Shown one piece after another: positions 1-8,251 of a stretch of DNA of 64,000 bases; within the stretch, counting starts at the first letter, position 1; every line of letters starts with the position of its first letter. The notes under the pieces were generated by a model. The model saw nothing but the letters and a program-made list of their open reading frames with translations. It did not search any database and had not been told where the DNA came from. The DNA comes from Micavibrio sp. TMED2 (GTDB taxonomy: Bacteria > Pseudomonadota > Alphaproteobacteria > TMED2). A program made the translations under genes and the position numbers. The stretch spans positions 785,115-849,114 of the forward strand of contig NHBH01000009.1 of assembly GCA_002168225.1 (NCBI GenBank). The letters run 5' to 3'.

Positions 1-677
1 GCACGCTGCTGCATCTGATCGACAAGGTCATTCTGTGGCTGTTCGTGGTTGAGCTTGGCATCCGCTTCTTTGTTCACCGGATGCGCTTTTTCCGTGACGG
101 CTGGCGGCTGTTTGATGCCGCCGTGATCGGCATTTCCTTTGTCCCCGATGGCGGCGCACTGTCGATCCTGCGGGCGCTGCGCGTCTTGCGGGTGCTGCGC
201 GTGGTCTCCGTGGTGCCATCCATGCGACGGGTCGTCTCCGGCCTGCTGGCGGCGCTGCCGGGTATGGCTTCGATCATCGGGCTGATGACCGTGTTCTTCT
301 ATGTCGCCTCGGTCATGGCGACCAAGCTGTTCGGCCATACCAACCCGGAACTGTTCGGCGATCTGCCCAACAGTGCCTACAGCCTGTTTCAGGTCATGAC
401 GCTCGAGGGCTGGGCCGCTGATGTGGTCAACCCGGTTATGGTGTACCATCCCTATGCTTGGGCATTTTTCGTGCCGTTCATCCTGTTCGCCACCTTCACC
501 ATGCTGAACCTGTTCATTGCGGTGATGGTCAGTGCGATCCAGATCGAGCAGCATGAATTCGAGGAAGAAATCGAGGCGATTGCCCATGGCGAGGGCGACC
601 GGGTGCTGGCTGAAATGGCAGCAATCCGCGCACAGCTGGACCGGTTGGAACAGATGGGGCAGGCAGGTAAATCATGA
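1..677 (+). CDS. Bacterial voltage-gated cation channel (BacNav/Ion_trans family), 5' end cut off by the window
   Basis: Frame is open from position 3 (TLLHLIDKVILWLFVVELGIRF). It has an S4 sensor LRALRVLRVLR, pore loop FQVMTLEGW, S6 FTMLNLFIAVMV and a C-terminal coiled coil. Confidence 0.93.
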   Translation, partial: TLLHLIDKVILWLFVVELGIRFFVHRMRFFRDGWRLFDAAVIGISFVPDGGALSILRALRVLRVLRVVSVVPSMRRVVSGLLAALPGMASIIGLMTVFFYVASVMATKLFGHTNPELFGDLPNSAYSLFQVMTLEGWAADVVNPVMVYHPYAWAFFVPFILFATFTMLNLFIAVMVSAIQIEQHEFEEEIEAIAHGEGDRVLAEMAAIRAQLDRLEQMGQAGKS

Positions 678-1549
678 GCGATGCAACACAATCAGGTCCG
701 GGCCAGCGCTTTGACGGCAGCGACAGCTATGTGACCACGCCGGATCTGGCTGTGGCGGTGAATGCCGCGATTGCCCTTGAACGCCCCTTGCTGATCAAGG
801 GCGAGCCGGGGACCGGCAAGACCGTTCTGGCCCGCGAGGTTGCCGCGAGCCTCGGTGCGCCGCTGATCGAATGGCATGTGAAATCCACCACCAAGGCTCA
901 GCATGGCCTCTATGAATATGACGCCGTGCGCCGGTTGCGTGATGGCCAGCTCGGTGAAGAGCGGGTGCATGACATCGGCAATTACATTGTGCGTGGCAAG
1001 CTGTGGGAAGCGCTCGACAGTGAGGTGCGCCCGGTTCTGTTGATCGATGAGATCGACAAGGCCGATATCGAGTTCCCCAATGATCTGCTGCAGGAACTCG
1101 ACCGTATGGAGTTCTATGTCCACGAGACACAGCAGACGGTGACGGCCAAAAACCGGCCGATTGTCTTCATCACCTCGAATAACGAGAAGGAGCTGCCCGA
1201 CGCCTTTCTGCGCCGCTGTTTCTTCCACTATATCCGGTTCCCCGAGCCGGAGGTCATGGCCTCCATCGTCGATGTGCATTTTCCAAATCTGCGCGACCGG
1301 CTGTTGCAGGAAGCGCTGACGGTTTTCTATGAACTGCGTGAGATACCGGGCCTGAAAAAGCCGCCATCCACATCCGAACTGCTCGACTGGATCAAGCTTC
1401 TCATGGTCGAGGACATTGATCCCGAGGTGCTGCGCAATGCCGATCCCAAGACCGCCTTGCCGCCGCTCTATGGTGCCTTGCTGAAAACCGAGCAGGACGT
1501 CCATCAGTTGGAGCGGCTCGCCTTCCTGCATCGGCGCGAGCAGGGATAA
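674..1549 (+). CDS. MoxR-family AAA+ ATPase (CoxD-like)
   Basis: Walker A GEPGTGKT, Walker B LLIDEIDKAD, TSN and LPDAFLRRC motifs; ATGA overlap with the channel gene. Confidence 0.93.
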   Translation: MSDATQSGPGQRFDGSDSYVTTPDLAVAVNAAIALERPLLIKGEPGTGKTVLAREVAASLGAPLIEWHVKSTTKAQHGLYEYDAVRRLRDGQLGEERVHDIGNYIVRGKLWEALDSEVRPVLLIDEIDKADIEFPNDLLQELDRMEFYVHETQQTVTAKNRPIVFITSNNEKELPDAFLRRCFFHYIRFPEPEVMASIVDVHFPNLRDRLLQEALTVFYELREIPGLKKPPSTSELLDWIKLLMVEDIDPEVLRNADPKTALPPLYGALLKTEQDVHQLERLAFLHRREQG

Positions 1550-1581
1550 AAAACAGGCCGATGCGCATGGCATCGACCTGT
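1548..1581 (-). terminator. Intrinsic terminator downstream of ompW
   Basis: Minus strand reads ACAGGTCGATGC-catgc-GCATCGGCCTGT then TTTTT; lies between the convergent moxR and ompW. Confidence 0.7.
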
Positions 1582-1618
1582 CAGTTTGCAACCCTGTTGG
1601 TTTCTTGAAACCGGTTTC

Positions 1619-2287
1619 TTAGAACTTGTAGCCGACGCCGACGCCGACGATCCATGGATCGATATCCACATCGGCATTCACCCGGCCAAGGGTTGTATCA
1701 ATGGTCACATCGGTGTTGATGAAGACCTTCTTCACATCGAAGTTCACGAACAGATTGTCAGAGACGAAGTAGTCGACGCCTGCCTGCAGGGCAAAGCCGA
1801 AGCTGTCGTCATAATCGATCCCGGTAACCGGGCCACCGCCTGGAATATCGTCGCTGAAGAAGTGGGTGTAGTTGATACCGGCACCGAAATACGGGCTCAA
1901 CTTGTCCTTCGGCAGTGGATGATACTGCACGGTCAGGGTAGGTGGCAGCAGCCAGACATCGCCGAGGTCCACATTACCGACAGAGGTGCCGGTTGCCGTT
2001 ACATCATGCGGGGTAACCGCCGCGATCAGCTCAAGCGCGATGTTGTCGGTGATGAAGTAGGAGAAATCGACCTCGGGCACGAAGCTCTCATCGATATCCG
2101 TATCGCCACCGATCGGGCTGATGCTCGCATCTTCGCTTGGTGCCACCAGCAGGCCGCGGGCGCGGATCATGAAGTCACCAGCGGATTTACCGGTGAAGAC
2201 CTCTTCCGCCTGCGCTGTTGCCGGTGTGAAACCGGCAGCAATCAGGCCGGCGACGGCCGCAACCGTCAGTGCATTTTTCAGTTCCAT
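1619..2287 (-). CDS. ompW: OmpW-family outer-membrane beta-barrel
   Basis: Signal peptide MELKNALTVAAVAGLIAAGFTPATA; motifs PEVDFSYFITDNIALELI, LPPTLTVQYH, PYFGAGINYT; ends in GVGYKF. Confidence 0.92.
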   Translation of the reverse strand: MELKNALTVAAVAGLIAAGFTPATAQAEEVFTGKSAGDFMIRARGLLVAPSEDASISPIGGDTDIDESFVPEVDFSYFITDNIALELIAAVTPHDVTATGTSVGNVDLGDVWLLPPTLTVQYHPLPKDKLSPYFGAGINYTHFFSDDIPGGGPVTGIDYDDSFGFALQAGVDYFVSDNLFVNFDVKKVFINTDVTIDTTLGRVNADVDIDPWIVGVGVGYKF

Positions 2288-2376
2288 AGTCTTTGTCCCC
2301 AATACGCCGCGTCGCAGGATGCAGGCGCGTGCCACATTTGATAGGGTCGTCATACGCCCGTCGTGATTCGTTTGTG

Positions 2377-2390
2377 TTGATACAGATCAA
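2377..2390. promoter_or_regulatory. FNR/FnrL/FixK binding box
   Basis: Perfect TTGAT-ACAG-ATCAA in the divergent ompW/VWA intergenic region, ~90 bp upstream of the ompW ATG. Confidence 0.85.
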
Positions 2391-2469
2391 TTTTTTGAAC
2401 GATCATGGACCATGCTGCTGGTCCCGTTGCATGGTGTGACGTGAATGCAGCAAACCCGAATGGCACAGG

Positions 2470-3657
2470 ATGTTTCCGACCTTCTTCTATCAACTGCGCG
2501 AGGCACGCTTGCCGGTCAGCCTGCAGGAATACCTGATGCTGATGGCGGCGATGCAGGCAGGGTTGGCACGGTTCTCTGTCGAGGAATTCTATTTTCTGTC
2601 GCGCGCCACACTGGTGAAGGACGAACGTCATCTCGACCGCTTCGATCAGGTGTTCGGACAGGTATTCAAGGGCATCGAGAGCGACGCCACCGGACTTGAG
2701 GAGATTATGGCCAGTCTGCCGGAAGAGTGGTTGCGGAGACTTGCGGAGAAGCATCTGAGCCCGGAAGAGATGGCCGATGTCGAGGCGCTGGGCGGGTTCG
2801 ACAAACTGATGGAAACCCTGAAACAGCGTCTGGCTGAACAGGAGAAACGCCATCAGGGCGGCAATAAATGGATTGGTACGGCGGGCACATCGCCCTTCGG
2901 TGCCTATGGCTATAACCCGGAAGGGGTGCGCATCGGACAGGATGAGAGCCGTCACAAACGCGCGGTCAAGGTCTGGGACCAGCGCCAGTTCCGCAATCTC
3001 GATGACAGCGTCGAGCTGGGTACGCGCAATATCAAGGTAGCACTGCGCCGCCTGCGCCAGTTCGCCCGCACCGGTGCGCCGACCGAGCTTGATCTCGACG
3101 GCACGGTGAAGGCGACGGCGGAGAATGCCGGGTGGCTCGATCTGAAAATGCGGCCCGAGCGGCATAATGCGGCCAAGGTGCTGATCTTCTTCGATATCGG
3201 CGGCTCAATGGACCCGTTTATCCGGTCCTGTGAGGAGCTGTTCTCCGCTGCCCGGACAGAGTTCAAGCATCTGGAGTATTTCTACTTCCACAACTGCCCC
3301 TATGAACGCTTGTGGCAGGACAATGCCCGGCGGCAGTCGGACACCGTGCCGACCGAAGAGGTGATGCGCACCTATGCCAGCGATTACCGGGTGATCTTTG
3401 TCGGGGATGCCGCCATGAGCCCCTATGAAATCAGCCATCCCGGCGGATCGGTTGAGCACTGGAACGAAACCGCAGGCGGTATCTGGCTGCAGCGGCTGCG
3501 TGAGGTCTATCCCAATTCGGTATGGCTCAACCCGGTACAACAGGATTACTGGCGCTATACCCACTCAACCCGGTTGATCAAACAGATATTCGAAGACCGG
3601 ATGTACCCGCTGACCCTCGAGGGGCTGGATCAGGCCATGCAGGTTCTCGGGCGGTAG
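2470..3657 (+). CDS. VWA-domain protein (CoxE-like), the usual MoxR partner
   Basis: N-terminal FFYQLREARLPVS; HQGGNKWIGTAGTSPFG; MIDAS-like FDIGGSM; YFHNCPYE; IFVGDA; WLNP. Confidence 0.9.
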   Translation: MFPTFFYQLREARLPVSLQEYLMLMAAMQAGLARFSVEEFYFLSRATLVKDERHLDRFDQVFGQVFKGIESDATGLEEIMASLPEEWLRRLAEKHLSPEEMADVEALGGFDKLMETLKQRLAEQEKRHQGGNKWIGTAGTSPFGAYGYNPEGVRIGQDESRHKRAVKVWDQRQFRNLDDSVELGTRNIKVALRRLRQFARTGAPTELDLDGTVKATAENAGWLDLKMRPERHNAAKVLIFFDIGGSMDPFIRSCEELFSAARTEFKHLEYFYFHNCPYERLWQDNARRQSDTVPTEEVMRTYASDYRVIFVGDAAMSPYEISHPGGSVEHWNETAGGIWLQRLREVYPNSVWLNPVQQDYWRYTHSTRLIKQIFEDRMYPLTLEGLDQAMQVLGR

Positions 3658-3733
3658 GAAACTTGCCTGTTGGCGCTTTCGATCGAGTGTGTGATTTCAC
3701 TGGCAACCTATCTCCCCGATACAGGAAGTTGCC

Positions 3734-5176
3734 ATGCCCAGCGCCCGCGAAGTTCGTGCAAAATTTGAAACCCTGATCGATGGCCAGAGCCGTCTGATCG
3801 AAACCCTGCAGAGTGAGCAGGAGCAAACGCTTCGCGCTGCCAATGAAGAGCGTACACCGGTTCTGGCCGCTGTTAAGAAACTTGCAGCAGCCCGGATAAC
3901 CGGACCGGATGGAGAGCTTGGCAAATTCAGTGCACCGAAGACCGATGCCCATGCCGCGCTTGATCCGGCGAAGATGTGGGCCGACCTCAATGCCGATAGC
4001 ATTGCTGCCGGTAAAGAGTACGCAGGGGTCAGGGAGCATGACCTCGGTCGTGACATGAAGACAGCGATTGATGATCGCAACAAGGCACAGGCGACTGCAG
4101 ACAACGCCGACAGCAAACGCAAGGGCCTGCTCAAGGTCGTTCAGCCGATCATTGAGGCAAATGAGAAGCTGAAGGCAGCTGGCAAGCCCGAAATCGGCAA
4201 GAACACGAGCACGGAATATGCCAGCGGCCAATATTGGCGTTATCTGACCGATCCAGATTTCCGTCAGGCCCGCTCAGCCATTGCCAAATATGAGAAGCTG
4301 GCGAAGGGTTATCATTTCCGTCCCGATCATACCGGCAATCCGTTTGATGATGTCGCGTCATATCAGGGGGCAGTGAAAGCCAAGGCAGCCGCTACGACAA
4401 AGGCGGAAGGGTTCCAGAACGAAATCAATGCCATCGGCTTGCGGGAACGGATGCTTGATGAAGGGCAGATTGCCGAACGGGTGCGCAAGGCTGTGGTCGA
4501 GCGAGCCGTTGATGCTGATTATGTCGATCAGCTTGCCCGGAATTTTCCGAAGGCCGGTGTCGCCGAGACCCTGCCGAATGCAGTCAAGGCCAAGGCTCTC
4601 GAGGCGGTTGCGACCGATCTTGGCAGCCAGATCAGCACCGCAGAGACGACCAAAGCCCAGCTTGAGAAACCGATGAGCAAGCTGCGCCGTGCCGGTGGTC
4701 GCAGTGTGCGCGTTGATGCCGATGACATTGCCTATAAGGTGACCGGCCAGAATGCGATGGCGCGGATGCGGGCATCAAATGCCGCATCTGTACGTGACAG
4801 TGTTCGCAGTCACCAGTTCACCGATACCTCCAGCGCCACGAACATGTATCTGCTGATGACCGTGGCCATTCTCGCTTCCTCGGACAATGATTCATACTTC
4901 AGTGCCAAACAGCTTGAGGCCAGCACCGATGCCCTTGATCAGGCCGGGCTCAATCTCGATGACCTGACCCCCGATGTCAGCAATATCGATGTTGCCCTGA
5001 CCGATACTGGCATCGACATCGCTGAATTTGATCTCAAAGGTGTTGATGTGGGTGATTTCCACGTTGATGTCGGCGGTATCGACAGTGGCATCGGCAGCAT
5101 CGACAGTGGCCTGTCGTCAATCGATGTCGGTGGTGGCATGAGCATGGGCGGCGGATTTGACAGCGGCGGTTTCTAG
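3734..5176 (+). CDS. Hypothetical 480-aa helical protein with Gly/Asp-rich repetitive C-terminus
   Basis: Long ORF with an AGGA Shine-Dalgarno and host-like codon usage; no family recognised. Confidence 0.75.
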   Translation: MPSAREVRAKFETLIDGQSRLIETLQSEQEQTLRAANEERTPVLAAVKKLAAARITGPDGELGKFSAPKTDAHAALDPAKMWADLNADSIAAGKEYAGVREHDLGRDMKTAIDDRNKAQATADNADSKRKGLLKVVQPIIEANEKLKAAGKPEIGKNTSTEYASGQYWRYLTDPDFRQARSAIAKYEKLAKGYHFRPDHTGNPFDDVASYQGAVKAKAAATTKAEGFQNEINAIGLRERMLDEGQIAERVRKAVVERAVDADYVDQLARNFPKAGVAETLPNAVKAKALEAVATDLGSQISTAETTKAQLEKPMSKLRRAGGRSVRVDADDIAYKVTGQNAMARMRASNAASVRDSVRSHQFTDTSSATNMYLLMTVAILASSDNDSYFSAKQLEASTDALDQAGLNLDDLTPDVSNIDVALTDTGIDIAEFDLKGVDVGDFHVDVGGIDSGIGSIDSGLSSIDVGGGMSMGGGFDSGGF

Positions 5177-5202
5177 TCGCTAGCCGTAAGTAATTCTGAT
5201 CG

Positions 5203-5958
5203 TCAGTAGCGGTATTTCGGCACGTCGTCCGAGCGGATGAGGCTTGCCACCTGACCGGTGAGGCTGTTCCAGCGGAATGCCTTGCGCCAGACCGTCGGCA
5301 CATGTTTCAGCGGGTTCAGCATGACCGCCAGAAACGGATACTTGCCGGGCAGGCGATCACAGATGATCAGTTCGACGAAGCAGTAATGCTCATATTCGCG
5401 TCCGAAGGCATAGTTGAAACCGGTTGCTTCCTTGGCCGGGTCTGGTGCTTCCTTGACGAGGCGGACCGTGCCGGATGGCGTTACTTCCGCTACCTGATTG
5501 GCGGCGGTCTCGATCCGGTTCAGGACGACACCGGGTATGCGTGCCGCCTCAATCGGCTTACAGAACCGCTCCCGGCTCTCGTGATCGGCAAAGGCAACGC
5601 CCACATAGCGGCGGCTGACCAGACAATGCCCCTCGCAGGAGGAATAGGTCAGGTAGCGCTTTGATTTCAGGGCACGTACCAGCGGTTCGACACCCGGCTC
5701 CACATTCTCCCAGAACCGGTCGGCATAGGGCGAGACGAAGTAATAGACCGGGTTGCCGTTCCGATCGAGACCGCCATTGATCCGGCCATTGGGCTGGCGC
5801 TTGTTCACCGTCTCGAAATACAGCTTGTGCAGGATTTCGTTGAGGGTTTCCGGTCGCTTTTCAATATCGATCTGTTCCCAGCCCGGACGGTCCGGTCCCG
5901 GTGCGACCTGCTCCGGCGGGTCGGCCAGTGTGGCTGGAGTGGGGAACAGTTCACGCAT
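5203..5958 (-). CDS. Hypothetical protein with a TYW3-like TxSSCxG motif
   Basis: 251-aa ORF containing VEPGVEPLVRALKSKRYLTYSSCEGH; function is inferred only. Confidence 0.65.
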   Translation of the reverse strand: MRELFPTPATLADPPEQVAPGPDRPGWEQIDIEKRPETLNEILHKLYFETVNKRQPNGRINGGLDRNGNPVYYFVSPYADRFWENVEPGVEPLVRALKSKRYLTYSSCEGHCLVSRRYVGVAFADHESRERFCKPIEAARIPGVVLNRIETAANQVAEVTPSGTVRLVKEAPDPAKEATGFNYAFGREYEHYCFVELIICDRLPGKYPFLAVMLNPLKHVPTVWRKAFRWNSLTGQVASLIRSDDVPKYRY

Positions 5959-6153
5959 GGTTCAGCTGTATACCTTTGGCCGCTGGTGAGGTGTCCATGA
6001 TAAGTGACTGTCGGTAAAGTAACAATTCTTGCGTTCACTGCCCAGTATCTGGTGCGCAAAATGCAGTTCCATGTTAAGAATTTAGCGTTCTGGTTATGGC
6101 AGAGTGAAGGCCGTAATCAGTTGTCTTGTCTATTTACCCCATGAGGACCTGAA

Positions 6154-7635
6154 ATGAACGGGAACTCCCCAACGGACGGCGCGACCGGTCTCGTGCCAAT
6201 TACCATTGCCCGTGGTGATGGTATCGGCCCCGAGATCATGGAGGCCACACTTGCCATTCTGGAGGCGGCCAAGGCCCGTCTCGACATTACCGAAATCGAA
6301 ATCGGTGAAGCCATGTTCAACAAGGGCTTCGCTGCCGGTATCGCCCCGGAGAGCTGGGACGTGCTGCGCAAGAACAAGGTGTTCCTGAAGGCACCGATCA
6401 CCACCCCGCAGGGCGGTGGCTTCAAATCCCTCAACGTGACGGTCCGCAAGGGGCTCGGCCTGTATTCAAACGTCCGGCCTTGCGTTTCCTATCATCCGTT
6501 TGTCACCACCCGCCATCCGGATATGGATGTGGTGATCATCCGGGAGAACGAGGAAGATCTCTATGCCGGGATCGAGTATCGCCAGACCGATGATGTCTAT
6601 CAGTGTCTGAAGCTGATCTCACGCCCCGGTTGTGAACGCATCGTCCGCTATGCCTTTGAATATGCCCGCGCCAACCACCGCAAGAAGGTGACGGCGTTCG
6701 TCAAGGACAACATCATGAAAATCACCGATGGCATCTTCCATCAGGTGTTTGATGAGGTTGCTGCCGACTACCCTGATATCGAAGCTGATCACCTGATCGT
6801 TGATATCGGTGCGGCCCGTATTGCCGATACACCGGAAATGTTTGACGTTATCGTCACGCTCAACCTCTATGGCGATATCATCTCGGATATTGCGGCCCAG
6901 ATCACCGGGTCGGTCGGTCTTGCCGGTTCGGCCAATATCGGCGACCAGTCTGCCATGTTCGAGGCGATCCACGGTTCCGCCCCGCCGATTGCAGGCAAGG
7001 GGATTGCCAACCCATCGGGCCTGTTGCTGGCCTCGGTCATGATGCTGATCCATATCGGTCAGCCGGATGTGGCCGAGAACATCCACAATGCGTGGCTGAC
7101 CGCCATTGAGCGCGGCTATCACACCGGCGATATCTTTGATCGCAAACACTCCAAACAGCGCTGCACGACCAAGGAATTCACGCAGGCGGTTATCGATTGC
7201 CTCGGTGAGAAGCCAGAGCAGATGACGCCGGTGACCTATTCACCGAAAGAGACCGATCGCAACCAGTCCGGCATTCGCCTGACCGTGCCGGAACCGGCGA
7301 AGAAGGATCTGGTCGGTGTCGATGTTTTTATCGACAACCGCGATCTGACGACCGAGGAGCTGGCAGAGAAGCTCAAGGAGACCGGTGGTGAGGTGATGAA
7401 CCTGCAGGTGATCTCGAACCGAGGCACCAAGGTCTGGCCCGATGGTCTGCCGGAGACATTCTGCTCGGATCACTGGCGTTGCCGTTATGCGGGCAAGAAC
7501 AATGCGATTGTCAGCCATGGCGATGTCATTGAGCTGCTGAAGCGGATTGATGCAACCGGCCTTGATTTCATCAAGACCGAGCATCTGTACGACTTCGATG
7601 GCCGTCCCGGCTATTCCGCCGCGCAAGGCTCATAA
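6154..7635 (+). CDS. icd: NADP-dependent isocitrate dehydrogenase (long form with C-terminal extension domain)
   Basis: GDGIGPEI, KAPITTP, RENEEDLYAG, NLYGDIISD, FEAIHGSAP motifs. Confidence 0.95.
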   Translation: MNGNSPTDGATGLVPITIARGDGIGPEIMEATLAILEAAKARLDITEIEIGEAMFNKGFAAGIAPESWDVLRKNKVFLKAPITTPQGGGFKSLNVTVRKGLGLYSNVRPCVSYHPFVTTRHPDMDVVIIRENEEDLYAGIEYRQTDDVYQCLKLISRPGCERIVRYAFEYARANHRKKVTAFVKDNIMKITDGIFHQVFDEVAADYPDIEADHLIVDIGAARIADTPEMFDVIVTLNLYGDIISDIAAQITGSVGLAGSANIGDQSAMFEAIHGSAPPIAGKGIANPSGLLLASVMMLIHIGQPDVAENIHNAWLTAIERGYHTGDIFDRKHSKQRCTTKEFTQAVIDCLGEKPEQMTPVTYSPKETDRNQSGIRLTVPEPAKKDLVGVDVFIDNRDLTTEELAEKLKETGGEVMNLQVISNRGTKVWPDGLPETFCSDHWRCRYAGKNNAIVSHGDVIELLKRIDATGLDFIKTEHLYDFDGRPGYSAAQGS

Positions 7636-7654
7636 GGCCGGACAATTCTCGTAA

Positions 7655-8005
7655 TCAGTCACGGACAAGCCTGGGGCGATCTCTCATGATTGAGAGTATC
7701 TCACCCAGGCTTTGGCTTTTCTTGATCCGCTTCTCGCCGTGAAACAGCTGGAACCCGGTCCGTTTGCGCTTGTGGTCGGTGGTTTTGATCACCGTGAGCA
7801 GGGGTGATTCGTGTGCATGCCGGAAAACCGAGAACATGGCTGCATCGCTCAGGTGGTCGATTGCATAGTCCCGCCAATCTCCTTTTGCGACAAACTCACT
7901 GTAGAGGCCGAGGAGTTGGGTTAATTCCGCTCTGTCGAAAAAGACCTTTGAATTCTTGGCTTTAGGCTTGTTCTGATAGTCCGAGAGGCGGATCAGATGG
8001 GGCAT
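7655..8005 (-). CDS. DUF2794-family protein
   Basis: FDRAELTQLLGLY...GDWRDYAID...FSVFR signature. Confidence 0.8.
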   Translation of the reverse strand: MPHLIRLSDYQNKPKAKNSKVFFDRAELTQLLGLYSEFVAKGDWRDYAIDHLSDAAMFSVFRHAHESPLLTVIKTTDHKRKRTGFQLFHGEKRIKKSQSLGEILSIMRDRPRLVRD

Positions 8006-8251
8006 GCAGGCTCCTCGTTTTGATATACCTGTAGGCGGCGGTCGTCGGTTATCTCAATCGTAGGTCAGCTGTGTGGTGGTCACATTTGTGCAATCCACCC
8101 CATTATCGTGCCGTTCATATGTATATATGGTCAACTGCCCTTTGTTTTCCGGCCCAAAGATGGCTATACCATCCTCACAAAATTATCCGGTTGATGCGGC
8201 CCTGTTACGGTGCCTCAGACTACCCGAACCATTGCTGGCAGGACCCGACTG

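Noticed and set aside
692-1591. Long antisense ORFs (e.g. 692-1591, 1586-2341, 18887-19771, 31772-32899, 33849-35081, 54465-55547, 61273-62283)
   Set aside because: They mirror well-supported genes on the opposite strand, as expected in high-GC coding DNA, and have no motifs of their own.
2319-2334. Sigma54-like TGGCACGCGCCTGCAT on the minus strand upstream of ompW
   Set aside because: The GG-to-GC spacing is one base short of the strict -24/-12 requirement.
6050-6065. Sigma54-like TGGTGCGCAAAATGCA upstream of icd
   Set aside because: Spacing is correct, but there are three mismatches to the consensus; too weak to call.
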